This document shows, one piece after another, positions 36,515-45,938 of a stretch of 64,000 nucleotides of DNA. The notes under the pieces are model-generated. The model was given only the letters and a program-made list of their open reading frames with translations, did no database searches and was not told the DNA's origin. The stretch comes from a virus. Both the position numbers and the translations under genes were made by a program. Location: the IMG/VR virus record IMGVR_UViG_3300033388_005265, positions 1 to 64,000 of that record. One strand, written 5' to 3'. Position 1 is the stretch's first letter; every line of letters starts with the position of its first letter.

Positions 36515-36922
36515 TTACGTTGTTGGCACAGCCGGTACATCAACCTCAAGCATAGATCTCTCGATACTTGTAAGACCTTTTACACTGTCGAAGAATGCAG
36601 ATTTACATTCAGTAAGTCTCCTAAGACCCTTCTCGAATGCACCTACTTTCTGAAGCTGCGTAAGAGCTTCCTCCCTTCTGACAACGTTCTCTGACAGATG
36701 ACTTGAGGTAGCTTCTACTGCTCTACCATGAGCCTTGTCCCTTCCTTTTGTCTTCCTGGGATTCTCAGTTGGAGAACAAATAGCTACTCCTCTGGCGAAC
36801 TTTGTAAGTCTCTTATTGTGCATCAGGCACACGGTGATAATTGGCTTACCATCCTTGTCGCTTAGCGTGTAGAACCTTTCTTTGTAGCCGGCTGGTTGTT
36901 TCCTTACTGTTGTCTTGCTCAT
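36515..36922 (-). CDS. phage hypothetical protein
   Basis: RGVAICSP...KGRDKAHGRA; AAGGAG RBS. Confidence 0.6.
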   Translation of the reverse strand: MSKTTVRKQPAGYKERFYTLSDKDGKPIITVCLMHNKRLTKFARGVAICSPTENPRKTKGRDKAHGRAVEATSSHLSENVVRREEALTQLQKVGAFEKGLRRLTECKSAFFDSVKGLTSIERSMLEVDVPAVPTT

Positions 36923-36953
36923 CTTACATCTCCTTGTTTTGTTTTTTTTATTT

Positions 36954-37973
36954 TTATATTAAAGATTTTAATCTGTCTATTTCATTTCCACTTATATCTA
37001 ATGCTTCGTGTAAGCCGTCAAGCGATCCATACATTACAGATAAACCATTGTATAAGCAGTGCGTAAATTCTGATATCTTTACATCGTTTACGTCATCGTA
37101 ATCTAAGAAGCTTACAGTGCTTCCTGCCTTACCATTTAACTCTGATTCTGGTACTCTATAAGGACAGCCGGTCATTTTTCCTTCAGGCCATATAGAAACA
37201 TGATCTATTCCAGCTCTACATGTATAAGTTGTATCGTTTATAAGATTTCTTAACACAGTCTTTACACATGCGTCTATATCTATCTTGTCTCCGAATACTT
37301 TCTTGTATTTCATAGCAGTCTTGACATAATCTTCGAATACATCTTTGAACTGCTGCATATGATCGTTGTTGAATAAATTCTTAATTGGTTTATTCATTAT
37401 TAGGTGTATAGAATCTGCAAATGATTCAGCATATGAAAGTGTTAAGTAGTCATGGTCAATCTCTTCATTTGAACTTGCACCAGATGGCTCTAGTAAAAAG
37501 TTTATATTTATATGAAGATCAGGATGATTTGCTATGATCCCTTCCATTGCATCTGTAGCTTCCATTCTTGCACCAAGTCCCATCTTATCCCACTTGACTC
37601 TATCAAATGAGACGTTTAGTGCACTACACTCACTGAAATCTATAATATCTGCGTAAACTTCAATGCTATTTACAGAAAATGCATAATGAACTTTTTCTTT
37701 GTCCATCTTTCTTATAAATGGTTTACATGTTTGATATGACCATACTGCATCACCTTCATCAAGATCATTAAAACTAATAGTTACCTGATTAAACTCAGCC
37801 ATATCTTTACTGACTGCAGTTTCTATCTCAGACATACTCTTGATGAACTCGGCAGAACTATAATCAGATCCTTTCAGAGCATAGCACCCTTTACATCCAA
37901 CATTACATTTGTAATCTGGTTGTACAAACAATGAAGTCTTATGAATTCTGCCTTTTGTGAGATTCTTAATCAT
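36954..37973 (-). CDS. radical SAM protein with SPASM/twitch-like C-terminus
   Basis: CNVGCKGCY; CRAGIDHVSIWPEGKMTGCPY. Confidence 0.75.
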   Translation of the reverse strand: MIKNLTKGRIHKTSLFVQPDYKCNVGCKGCYALKGSDYSSAEFIKSMSEIETAVSKDMAEFNQVTISFNDLDEGDAVWSYQTCKPFIRKMDKEKVHYAFSVNSIEVYADIIDFSECSALNVSFDRVKWDKMGLGARMEATDAMEGIIANHPDLHININFLLEPSGASSNEEIDHDYLTLSYAESFADSIHLIMNKPIKNLFNNDHMQQFKDVFEDYVKTAMKYKKVFGDKIDIDACVKTVLRNLINDTTYTCRAGIDHVSIWPEGKMTGCPYRVPESELNGKAGSTVSFLDYDDVNDVKISEFTHCLYNGLSVMYGSLDGLHEALDISGNEIDRLKSLI

Positions 37974-38048
37974 GTTATCCTTTTTTTTAATTAGTCTTAT
38001 TCTTTCTAGTTAGTGCGCCTCTTTCGAGGCAGACCTTCCAGACTCTTA

Positions 38049-38234
38049 TCAGTCGTCCCTATAGTTCGGCAGCGACTCTCTGTAATGGAACTCTTCCGTT
38101 ACGTTTTCATCCTCGATCTCACGCCCCGCAACGAGCTGTGCAGTAACTTCCGTACAGCTTTCGCCTTTAATTCCGTTGACTTCGAACGTGGTCTTACCAC
38201 TTTTATGATCTATACACACAATTACTTGTGACAT
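38049..38234 (-). CDS. DUF2997-family protein
   Basis: IDHKSGKTTFEVNGIKGESCTEVT...TEEF. Confidence 0.8.
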   Translation of the reverse strand: MSQVIVCIDHKSGKTTFEVNGIKGESCTEVTAQLVAGREIEDENVTEEFHYRESLPNYRDD

Positions 38235-38291
38235 TTTTGTACTCCTTTCAGTCTTAAAAATTTTATTTACAGAACCTAGTATATTAGGATT

Positions 38292-38690
38292 CTAGTTGTG
38301 CGGATTAGTGGCAGTGAACTCAATTTGTCCACGCTCATTGACCTGGAAGTCATCTTCGTTGTCAACGAAATAACCAAGTCCTTCCAGCTTGTCGACGGCA
38401 TCTTCGATGTAATACCTTGTAGACAATTGTTCTGTAAGATCTCTTTGGTTGAACTTACCGTAGTAGAAATCTCCTACGAACGCCAGGTTTCCATCATCCT
38501 CTTTCACAAGACCGAGATGTCCTTTGCCATCTTCAATCTTGATATCTACATTCGCAGTTCTACCTTCAGCTGTAACTGAAAGCTGTTTCTTACTGGTAGA
38601 TACCTCGTGATTTATACCAAGCTTTGTAAGTGCCTTGGAAGCAATTGCTATGTCCTCCAGCTTTGTAGAAACCTTTACCCAATGTGACAT
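38292..38690 (-). CDS. DUF1257 (Ycf35-like) protein
   Basis: MSHWVKVSTKLED...ALTKLG...LAFVGDFY. Confidence 0.8.
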   Translation of the reverse strand: MSHWVKVSTKLEDIAIASKALTKLGINHEVSTSKKQLSVTAEGRTANVDIKIEDGKGHLGLVKEDDGNLAFVGDFYYGKFNQRDLTEQLSTRYYIEDAVDKLEGLGYFVDNEDDFQVNERGQIEFTATNPHN

Positions 38691-38716
38691 TTGAAACTCC
38701 TTTCTTTAATGTTTAA

Positions 38717-40510
38717 TTACGATTTTTTTTCTGTTGTCTTCTTTGCGACAGCGGAACCTTTCACAATACCACCAAGACCTTTCGAGATACTGGTCTTTAC
38801 TTTCTTCTTCTTGCCTGACCTGTTACTAAGAGCTTCGCTAGACGCAAATCTTGCCTTATCATCAGCCCAGCTTCTTAGTGTACCGATCTTATCTGCCATC
38901 TGCTTGGAGATAGGCTTAAGTTCACCACAAGCCTGAAGAACATGCTCAGATGAAACCTTCTTAGCTCCGAGTGTATACGCAGATGCTATAGACTCCTGAA
39001 CGATCTTCTCGATTTCTGCACCGGTATAACCATTAGTCTGTGCAACAATCTCTTTGATATCGAAATCTTCAGGGTTCCTGTCTCTTTTCTTGAGATGGAT
39101 CCTAAGAATCTCTTCTCTTTCAGCATCTACAGGAAGATCAACAAAGAATACTTCATTGAACCTTCTGATAAGCTCAGGTGGCAGCTGGGATACATCGTTT
39201 GCAGTAGCGATTACAACAACATCTTCTTCGCATTCCTGCATCCAGGTAAGCAGAGTACCAAACACTCTTGCTGTAGTTCCACCATCTGTGCTTCCACTGC
39301 TTTGAGTACCGGAGAGACCTTTCTCCATTTCATCTATCCACAGGATACATGGAGCACATGCAGCAGCATGCTTTAGAGCATCTCTCATTCTTTGTTCTGA
39401 CTGTCCAACCAGAGAGCCCATGATCTTACCGACATCCATTCTCAGGAGTGGAAGTTTCCACATGCTTGCAACCGCTTTCGCAGCCAGTGACTTACCTGTA
39501 CCTGCTATACCGGTAAGAACGACACCTTTAAGAGCTTCAACTCCGAATTCTTTTGCTTCGTCGCTGAATGATGAACGATACTTGTCGAAATATCTCTTGA
39601 GCTCATCAAGTCCACCAACATCATCCATAGATGCAGACAGGCTAAGAACTTCAAGTATATCAGACTTTTTGATCGCCTGTTTCTTGTGCTCAAGAACTGC
39701 TTGAACGTCGATTGTACCTGTGTCAATCAGAGATGTTGCCATAGCTCTGGTAAACTCATCGAATGTCATACCCTGACCGGCACGTGCAATCTCTTGTATG
39801 CCATCGTCATCAAGGTCAATAAGATCTGGCAGACCTTCTTCTTTCTTAGCTGCATTGATCTCTACAACCGCAGTCCTTACGATATCTTCAAGCTCATCTC
39901 TATTCAGAAGATCGTAATCGAGAACAACGATATCCTTTTCAAGAGTTATTGGAAGACCGCCACCTCTGTTGCTTTGGCTGAACCCTATCTCTGGAGCTAC
40001 TACAATGATAGAGATCGGAGGACTATCGTCTCTCTTAGCCAGCCAGTTGATTGTATCCCTCATCTGTCTTGGGATAGGCTCATTGAATACAGTGTGCATA
40101 TCTTTCATGAAGAACACTGCGCCATTCGCCTTATCAGTAACCTCGTAGTTGGCAATGTTTCTTAGTGCCAGCGAAGGATTGTAAGACTTAGGGAATTCAG
40201 CTGTGCTTGGCTCATTGTCATCGCATGTAAATCTTTGATCACGCTCTGAATCCCTGATGATACCTGTGAATGATGACCAATGCAGAACCTCTACACCATT
40301 CGGGAATGCTACATGCTCCCTGAAATCCTTAATCAATCTTTCTTCTTCCGACGTTACACAGTATATCAGCTGTGTGTTTGCCATAACCAGGGTCTTAAGT
40401 TCACTAAGAGCCCTTGGAATACCTCCGGACTTCTTAACGACTCGCCGCCTTTTTGATACTGCAGGTGGCTTTACTTCATCTTTAACTGCTACTTCTTTTC
40501 CTGTCGCCAT
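38717..40510 (-). CDS. Ycf46-like AAA+ ATPase
   Basis: TSEEER; DVGGLDELK; GIAGTGKS; GSLVGQSE; WIDEMEKG; LPPELIRRFNEVFFVDLP. Confidence 0.88.
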   Translation of the reverse strand: MATGKEVAVKDEVKPPAVSKRRRVVKKSGGIPRALSELKTLVMANTQLIYCVTSEEERLIKDFREHVAFPNGVEVLHWSSFTGIIRDSERDQRFTCDDNEPSTAEFPKSYNPSLALRNIANYEVTDKANGAVFFMKDMHTVFNEPIPRQMRDTINWLAKRDDSPPISIIVVAPEIGFSQSNRGGGLPITLEKDIVVLDYDLLNRDELEDIVRTAVVEINAAKKEEGLPDLIDLDDDGIQEIARAGQGMTFDEFTRAMATSLIDTGTIDVQAVLEHKKQAIKKSDILEVLSLSASMDDVGGLDELKRYFDKYRSSFSDEAKEFGVEALKGVVLTGIAGTGKSLAAKAVASMWKLPLLRMDVGKIMGSLVGQSEQRMRDALKHAAACAPCILWIDEMEKGLSGTQSSGSTDGGTTARVFGTLLTWMQECEEDVVVIATANDVSQLPPELIRRFNEVFFVDLPVDAEREEILRIHLKKRDRNPEDFDIKEIVAQTNGYTGAEIEKIVQESIASAYTLGAKKVSSEHVLQACGELKPISKQMADKIGTLRSWADDKARFASSEALSNRSGKKKKVKTSISKGLGGIVKGSAVAKKTTEKKS

Positions 40511-40513
40511 ATT

Positions 40514-40819
40514 CTACTTCTCCTTTTTTATTTTTATAGTTTTTAAATGAATATTTTTTGAATCACAGTTTTCACAACTGGCTTTAAACTTGGCGAACTC
40601 TTTACTAACGTCTTCATCTTCAAACAGAGGCATTATTGTTTCACATTCTTGACAGTAATACTGATACTCCTTTCCTTCAATCACTACTGCTTCAAGAACA
40701 CCTAGTAATGTACGATCTACCTTACTTATCAGTCTAGGTCCATATTTTTTTAGCTGATAGTAGCAGAATGACATTCCGAATTCTGTTATGAGACTTCTTA
40801 CTAATGGGTTTATAATCAT
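40514..40819 (-). CDS. zinc-ribbon protein
   Basis: CQEC...CENC. Confidence 0.55.
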   Translation of the reverse strand: MIINPLVRSLITEFGMSFCYYQLKKYGPRLISKVDRTLLGVLEAVVIEGKEYQYYCQECETIMPLFEDEDVSKEFAKFKASCENCDSKNIHLKTIKIKKEK

Positions 40820-41466
40820 GAGGCTTCATCATCTTCCTTTCGTCTTTCAAATTTTATTGTCTTGGCATTGAATCCAAGCACTGATAACATGATTGCTATG
40901 TATTCGTCAACTGTCATAAGAACATCATATGTATTTTCATGTCCTTCAAAGTCTTTAACGCTGTCAAATATACCAATTACATCACCACTATTATTTGTTA
41001 TAACGATTGGTTTTTTATAAGACCTCTTGTAAGTCTCTATGAACGCGGCTATTTTATCCCTGTCTAGTATGTCAGGCAATGAGCCTATGTTAACATCAAG
41101 AATACTTATGTCTGCTCTCTTATTTTTACTTAAGAATTCACTTATATTTAATTTAATTGTTTCAAGAGCTTTAAGCTTTTCATCTGTCTTCATATCACCT
41201 GATACATCTATTAGAGTAGCTCTTTCAAGCTTCTTTAATACTTGTTGATCAGTAGCAAAGACAAGATCATTATCCGGATGTTTCTTGCCGGCATAGCCTT
41301 TTATATCCCTGATTATAATAAAGCCTTCTGGCTCTAAATCTGGTGAGACATCCGAGAACGCTAGAAAGAATGCCTTCTTAGCAGTCTGTACGTCCTTAGT
41401 GTATACATATATCTTACTCATCTTTCTCCTCGTCATCGTCGTCGTCATCTTTCTTATCAAACGCAC
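40816..41466 (-). CDS. hypothetical protein (start probably MSKIYV)
   Basis: Operon-packed. Confidence 0.55.
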   Translation of the reverse strand: MRLIRKMTTTMTRRKMSKIYVYTKDVQTAKKAFFLAFSDVSPDLEPEGFIIIRDIKGYAGKKHPDNDLVFATDQQVLKKLERATLIDVSGDMKTDEKLKALETIKLNISEFLSKNKRADISILDVNIGSLPDILDRDKIAAFIETYKRSYKKPIVITNNSGDVIGIFDSVKDFEGHENTYDVLMTVDEYIAIMLSVLGFNAKTIKFERRKEDDEAS

Positions 41467-42085
41467 CAGATTCCTTCATGCTTTGAACAGCCCTATCGAG
41501 AACTTCTGAAAGCTCACCGGTCATAGCTGCCTTTGTTGCAAGGTCTTGAACTTCCCCTCTTGCTTTTATAAGGTCAAGTTCATCTTGAGTGATGTCTTCT
41601 CTGGTAGACTCTATCTGAAGATTACTTTCTCTTAACATGTTACCCATTAGGAATCCATGCATTACAGCAGTGACAGCAATCTCTTTTGCTAATGGATTAG
41701 ACAGTATGAATAGTGCTGTTTCACCTTCGAATGTATCTATTGCCCAGTTAGCTATTGAACTAAACAGGAACGGTTGTACCATACTTGCAAGTGCACTCTT
41801 GCTATCATCCATTTCCTCTTTGATATATTCATTTATATTTTGAACCATCTCTGGCATTGACTGCTCTTCATCATCTTCATCAACTATTCTGGTACTAAGC
41901 TTTACCATGTCCTTAGTGTTAATGATGACTGCTTCTGCACTCTTAAACATATTTAACATGTGCTCAACCATACGCGGATCAAGTCTTGGATGATCTCCTT
42001 CTACATGCTCTGAAGATTCTTCTGAGTCATCGAACTCATATACATTTTTCTTATCCTTTTTATCCGCCATTCTGATCTCCTTCAA
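41414..42085 (-). CDS. acidic hypothetical protein
   Basis: AAGGAG RBS before MADKK. Confidence 0.55.
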   Translation of the reverse strand: MKEIRMADKKDKKNVYEFDDSEESSEHVEGDHPRLDPRMVEHMLNMFKSAEAVIINTKDMVKLSTRIVDEDDEEQSMPEMVQNINEYIKEEMDDSKSALASMVQPFLFSSIANWAIDTFEGETALFILSNPLAKEIAVTAVMHGFLMGNMLRESNLQIESTREDITQDELDLIKARGEVQDLATKAAMTGELSEVLDRAVQSMKESGAFDKKDDDDDDEEKDE

Positions 42086-42389
42086 TGTTATTTATATCTA
42101 AGATTTCAAAGTATTTATGTCCTATTACTATTTTTGTAAAGTTTTTTCCTAAAGGACTTTCAACTTTTGCCTCATTGATTAAGCACCATGTTCCTGGGAC
42201 CAGTTCTTCAACAAAATCTTTGCTTTCTTTTGGAACTATAAGTTCACATAAATATGAATGTTCTTTACATATTCTGTGATGAGGGTCAACAGATACTGCT
42301 TGGAACTCAATCCTAGACCAGTATTGACTGGTGTATCCTATTATTGCAGGAGTCGTTACCTTTATAATTCCATGACAAAATAAACTCAT
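42060..42389 (-). CDS. hypothetical protein
   Basis: Operon-packed. Confidence 0.55.
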   Translation of the reverse strand: MSLFCHGIIKVTTPAIIGYTSQYWSRIEFQAVSVDPHHRICKEHSYLCELIVPKESKDFVEELVPGTWCLINEAKVESPLGKNFTKIVIGHKYFEILDINNIEGDQNGG

Positions 42390-42391
42390 TC

Positions 42392-43006
42392 TTAATCCTT
42401 GGTCTCTATTTTACTACCACTTTTCTTAAGCCTTTCTTCTGCCTGAACAATGGCTTCTTCATCTTCACCAAATGATACAGTAGGCTTTGATTTTTCCTTA
42501 GCTGACTCTTTGTCACTGCTAAGCTTGATTGACATTACAAGTTCAGGTGGCATAATTACTATAACATTTGTAGTTGTAGAAAATGCTGCCAATCTTTCAA
42601 GATACTCATTCATATCCATTGCATTACAATCAAGAGTCCCTTTGTCTATCTCTACTCTTAAGAACTCTATGTCTGAACTGTTACAACGCAAGGCACAAGT
42701 ATCAAGTATAATACTCATGAGTCCTGGTCCTTTGTCTATGGCTACCCTATCAAGGATCCCATTGTTAAATGCCAGTGTTAGTTTCCCGTCTTCGTATCTT
42801 GCATATGCAGTGTTCTCATCAGTTGGCATCATATGCTTACCTCCACCATGGAACACTTCAAACATTTCTATCGACAGCTCTATGTTATCTATAGTTCTTT
42901 TTATTTCATTATAAACTCCGACTGGTAAATAGGATATCCTATTGGTTCTTCTGAGTTCATTAAGTATTGATTGTAACTCAAGTTTAATTAATGACATTAT
43001 CCCCAC
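42392..43006 (-). CDS. hypothetical protein
   Basis: Operon-packed. Confidence 0.55.
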   Translation of the reverse strand: MGIMSLIKLELQSILNELRRTNRISYLPVGVYNEIKRTIDNIELSIEMFEVFHGGGKHMMPTDENTAYARYEDGKLTLAFNNGILDRVAIDKGPGLMSIILDTCALRCNSSDIEFLRVEIDKGTLDCNAMDMNEYLERLAAFSTTTNVIVIMPPELVMSIKLSSDKESAKEKSKPTVSFGEDEEAIVQAEERLKKSGSKIETKD

Positions 43007-43440
43007 CTCAATATCTTTGTTATTGCAGTCTCAAACAAGACTGTTAAAGCAAATACTTCGTCCATGCTCATTGCAACATTGATTCTTTTTACTGGAACCC
43101 TGTCCTTGACAACGCTGACATTCATATAGTATCCAGTAGCTGATCTTTTGAATGATATATTCTTACTGATCTTACCTTTATCATCTGTCCCGGCACCTGG
43201 ATCATGATATATTTTAATCTCTTCTGTCCCGTTGTTGAATCCACTTGCTATCTTAGTCAAGTCAGGAATGCCAAGCTTCACTGTGACCTTATCATCCCAT
43301 AAAAAGCCATCACCTTTAGGTGTATCCGATAGCTCAAGGAATACTCCTGGCCTATCTATGTCAGCCGCAAGCTTAAACTGTGCCGCCGCCTTTCCTTTTC
43401 TATATATATCAAAACTCTTAGGGTATTTCTTATCTGACAT
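42997..43440 (-). CDS. Whirly-like ssDNA-binding protein
   Basis: IYRKGKAAA (cf. plant KGKAAL), FLWDDK (cf. YDW), IYHDP...GKISK (cf. FFHDP...GKVRK), GYYMNVSV, C-terminal helix ending in W. Confidence 0.75.
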   Translation of the reverse strand: MSDKKYPKSFDIYRKGKAAAQFKLAADIDRPGVFLELSDTPKGDGFLWDDKVTVKLGIPDLTKIASGFNNGTEEIKIYHDPGAGTDDKGKISKNISFKRSATGYYMNVSVVKDRVPVKRINVAMSMDEVFALTVLFETAITKILRWG

Positions 43441-44078
43441 TATTCCTCTCTCCTCACTCTCAATGAATTTCTTAATGCTGTTTTAGATATCACACTACGT
43501 TCTCTAGTAGCTGCTAAAGGCCATAGCTTATTAATCAAATCAACTATTATGTCTCTATTAAACTCTATAAATATGTCCTTTGTTTTATGCTCATAGACTG
43601 AGCCATCATACGGTGTCATTGTTACTGTTTCATTATTTTTACATCCAACTACCTCATGTCTTGTTAGATTGTTATGTATTATTACTAAGCCATTTGGAAT
43701 TAAGATATTATTTCTTGTAACAGTAGATAGCTTAGTTATCATTCCTGAATTACATGAAGCACCATATGATTTAAGTTCTATGTTATCTATTTCAAAGAAG
43801 CTTTCTACATCTATGAACATCGCTTTATCAGGATCTTTAAATATATTAAAGTTTTTATTGTCACGTATTAATCGTAGCATATTTATAAATGCTCCTGTAT
43901 TAGCAGGCACATTAGAATGGTTATGATCATTAATACTTATGAATTGATATACCATGACTGATCCTAGTGACTTATTATTTGTCACTACTACTGCATAGCC
44001 GGCTTCATCGTTACCTAGTAGGCCATTACATAAAACTATATCTCCGCACTCATAATCGTCACTCATTTTTACTTGCAT
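43440..44078 (-). CDS. hypothetical protein
   Basis: TAATG coupling to the Whirly-like gene. Confidence 0.55.
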   Translation of the reverse strand: MQVKMSDDYECGDIVLCNGLLGNDEAGYAVVVTNNKSLGSVMVYQFISINDHNHSNVPANTGAFINMLRLIRDNKNFNIFKDPDKAMFIDVESFFEIDNIELKSYGASCNSGMITKLSTVTRNNILIPNGLVIIHNNLTRHEVVGCKNNETVTMTPYDGSVYEHKTKDIFIEFNRDIIVDLINKLWPLAATRERSVISKTALRNSLRVRREE

Positions 44079-44289
44079 TCCTTTTTATTAATCCACCTTT
44101 AACAAACTCTTCAAACTGCTTATTATTTATTGGTGTCTTGGTTGAATTTGCTTTGATATATTTTTTTATCTTATCGAAATTTTTATGAGTTACGTAGTAT
44201 TCTGCTTCTGCATACCATGCTTTAGATACTATGTCTATTTCTTTTCCACTCGTCAATTCTATCTTGATCAGATCTGGATTCTTTTTCAT
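44059..44289 (-). CDS. hypothetical protein
   Basis: Operon-packed. Confidence 0.5.
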   Translation of the reverse strand: MKKNPDLIKIELTSGKEIDIVSKAWYAEAEYYVTHKNFDKIKKYIKANSTKTPINNKQFEEFVKGGLIKRNASKNE

Positions 44290-44318
44290 ATTGTATTATA
44301 ATTTTAAATTAACAGCAT

Positions 44319-44350
44319 AAAAAAAGCCAGACACACGAGGCATCTGGCTT
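44319..44350 (-). terminator. intrinsic terminator
   Basis: AAGCCAGAT...GTCTGGCTT followed by T run. Confidence 0.7.
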
Positions 44351-44387
44351 TAGTCTGTATAGGCTTACGCCGGTTACAGGATGTTAC

Positions 44388-44714
44388 TTAAAATGGAGCA
44401 TCGTCATCGAGATCCTCATAGGCCTTAGTAACAATCTCACTGATCTTGTTACCAATCTCTTTGTCAATCTTACCATCGTCACCAACAGGTTTTACCATGT
44501 CAAACCATGGAATCTTCCCATCGTCTCCTGCTTCTTTGCCTTGCTTACGAGGCCAAGACACGAAGTATGAGTCTTGATATGCAACGAGTGCAATATCCAC
44601 ACTGATAACTCCACCCAGGATAAGCTGCCCTACAGCAACTTTAGGCTCCCAGTCAACCTTCTTCAGCTTAACATCCGTGATAAGCTTGCTTACATCTACT
44701 TTCTTGTCTGCCAT
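44388..44714 (-). CDS. spoVG: SpoVG-family nucleic-acid-binding protein with SSB-like acidic tail
   Basis: ITDVKLKKV...FVSWP...D.V.PV...KI...V..AY pattern; ends DDDAPF. Confidence 0.65.
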   Translation of the reverse strand: MADKKVDVSKLITDVKLKKVDWEPKVAVGQLILGGVISVDIALVAYQDSYFVSWPRKQGKEAGDDGKIPWFDMVKPVGDDGKIDKEIGNKISEIVTKAYEDLDDDAPF

Positions 44715-44737
44715 TCTCTCTCATCTCCTCTCTTTGT

Positions 44738-45412
44738 TTATTGTTTTAGTTTTGCAGTTAAATTTTGTACATATATTTCCTCTTTAATGTAGTTAATACG
44801 CTGCTTATTTCTCTCGACTTTAACCCAGTAGTCTGAATAATTTGCTAAGCCACTACCTTTAATAATTTTATCAACATTCTCGTGACCCATATTGTATGCA
44901 GTTACTGTTGCTTGCCAGTCCCCATCATATCTTTCATGAAGTCTATTGATTTCTGCCATCCCAAGATGTATGTTGTCCCACAATCCCATAAGATTCTTTG
45001 CAGCTTTAATTCCATTATACTTCTTGGCATTCTCTGCTGTAGGCTCAAGTATCTGCATCAAACTATATGCAGGTCCATCTTTATAGTTAAGATCTCCAAG
45101 AGCATTTGGATTAAAATGACTTTCAACACCCATAATGCTTATGGTTATCTCTGTGCCATTCTCTAATACAGAGCCTTCTCCAAAATATCTTGGAGCAAAA
45201 TGCTTTACTGCTGCTATTATTTCTCTAGCAGTCTTCTTATTTAGGCGCGGGTTCTTTTCATCTATAAATCTTAAGTATGCCTGATTACAATTAGTCTGTG
45301 CACAGTTTACTCTAGAATCTAATACTGATCCACCAGGATCACCCGTACTATTACTTACGCTACCAGCCAAAATGGCTATCACTATACATAGTGCTATTGT
45401 AAATGACTTCAA
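44738..45412 (-). CDS. lytic transglycosylase (SLT) with N-terminal signal/anchor
   Basis: VESHFNPNA, SLMQILEPTA, TAYNMG. Confidence 0.85.
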   Translation of the reverse strand: MKSFTIALCIVIAILAGSVSNSTGDPGGSVLDSRVNCAQTNCNQAYLRFIDEKNPRLNKKTAREIIAAVKHFAPRYFGEGSVLENGTEITISIMGVESHFNPNALGDLNYKDGPAYSLMQILEPTAENAKKYNGIKAAKNLMGLWDNIHLGMAEINRLHERYDGDWQATVTAYNMGHENVDKIIKGSGLANYSDYWVKVERNKQRINYIKEEIYVQNLTAKLKQ

Positions 45413-45430
45413 ATTTGTTCCTCCGTGCTA

Positions 45431-45931
45431 TTATGTTAGAGGAAATCCAGTGTACCCTCTGTTCTTGAGGTCTGTTTTTAATGTATCCTCATGAAATTTA
45501 GCAACAGCATCGAAGAGCTTTCTCTTCTCTGCATAATTACTAAAGTCTATTTTCTGTAGTCTTTTAAACTTATCTTTAGTCATAGGCATTACATTCTCTA
45601 CCCAGGCAAGAAAGTCTTCTTGAGCTACGTTTTCAAGCTTAGTCTGTTTGCCCTTGATGTTCAATTGTATTTCCGGATCCTCATCTTCTTCAGCAAATGG
45701 AACCGTAGCTACTTTTGGTTTACATGAACAGTCAGGACAATCACATTTCTTTTTATCCTCCTTTTTTTCTTCAGTCTTAGTTTCCTTGGGAGCTGCTTCT
45801 TTGGCTTCTTTTTTAACTACTTTGCCAGCAACATCTCCCATGTTAAGACTTAATGATGCCTTCTTTTTCTTCTTAACTTCAGGCTTCTTTGTCTCGCCTT
45901 CTGTCTTGTCGTCCTTCTTTTCGTCAGCCAT
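45431..45931 (-). CDS. charged hypothetical protein
   Basis: AGGAG RBS; K/E-rich N-terminus. Confidence 0.55.
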   Translation of the reverse strand: MADEKKDDKTEGETKKPEVKKKKKASLSLNMGDVAGKVVKKEAKEAAPKETKTEEKKEDKKKCDCPDCSCKPKVATVPFAEEDEDPEIQLNIKGKQTKLENVAQEDFLAWVENVMPMTKDKFKRLQKIDFSNYAEKRKLFDAVAKFHEDTLKTDLKNRGYTGFPLT

Positions 45932-45938
45932 AGTTCTC

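Noticed and set aside
38000-40510. Apparent GC/codon shift suggesting recent horizontal acquisition
   Set aside because: Impression by eye only; similar bias appears in other likely highly expressed genes (SPFH, 55521) and could not be computed
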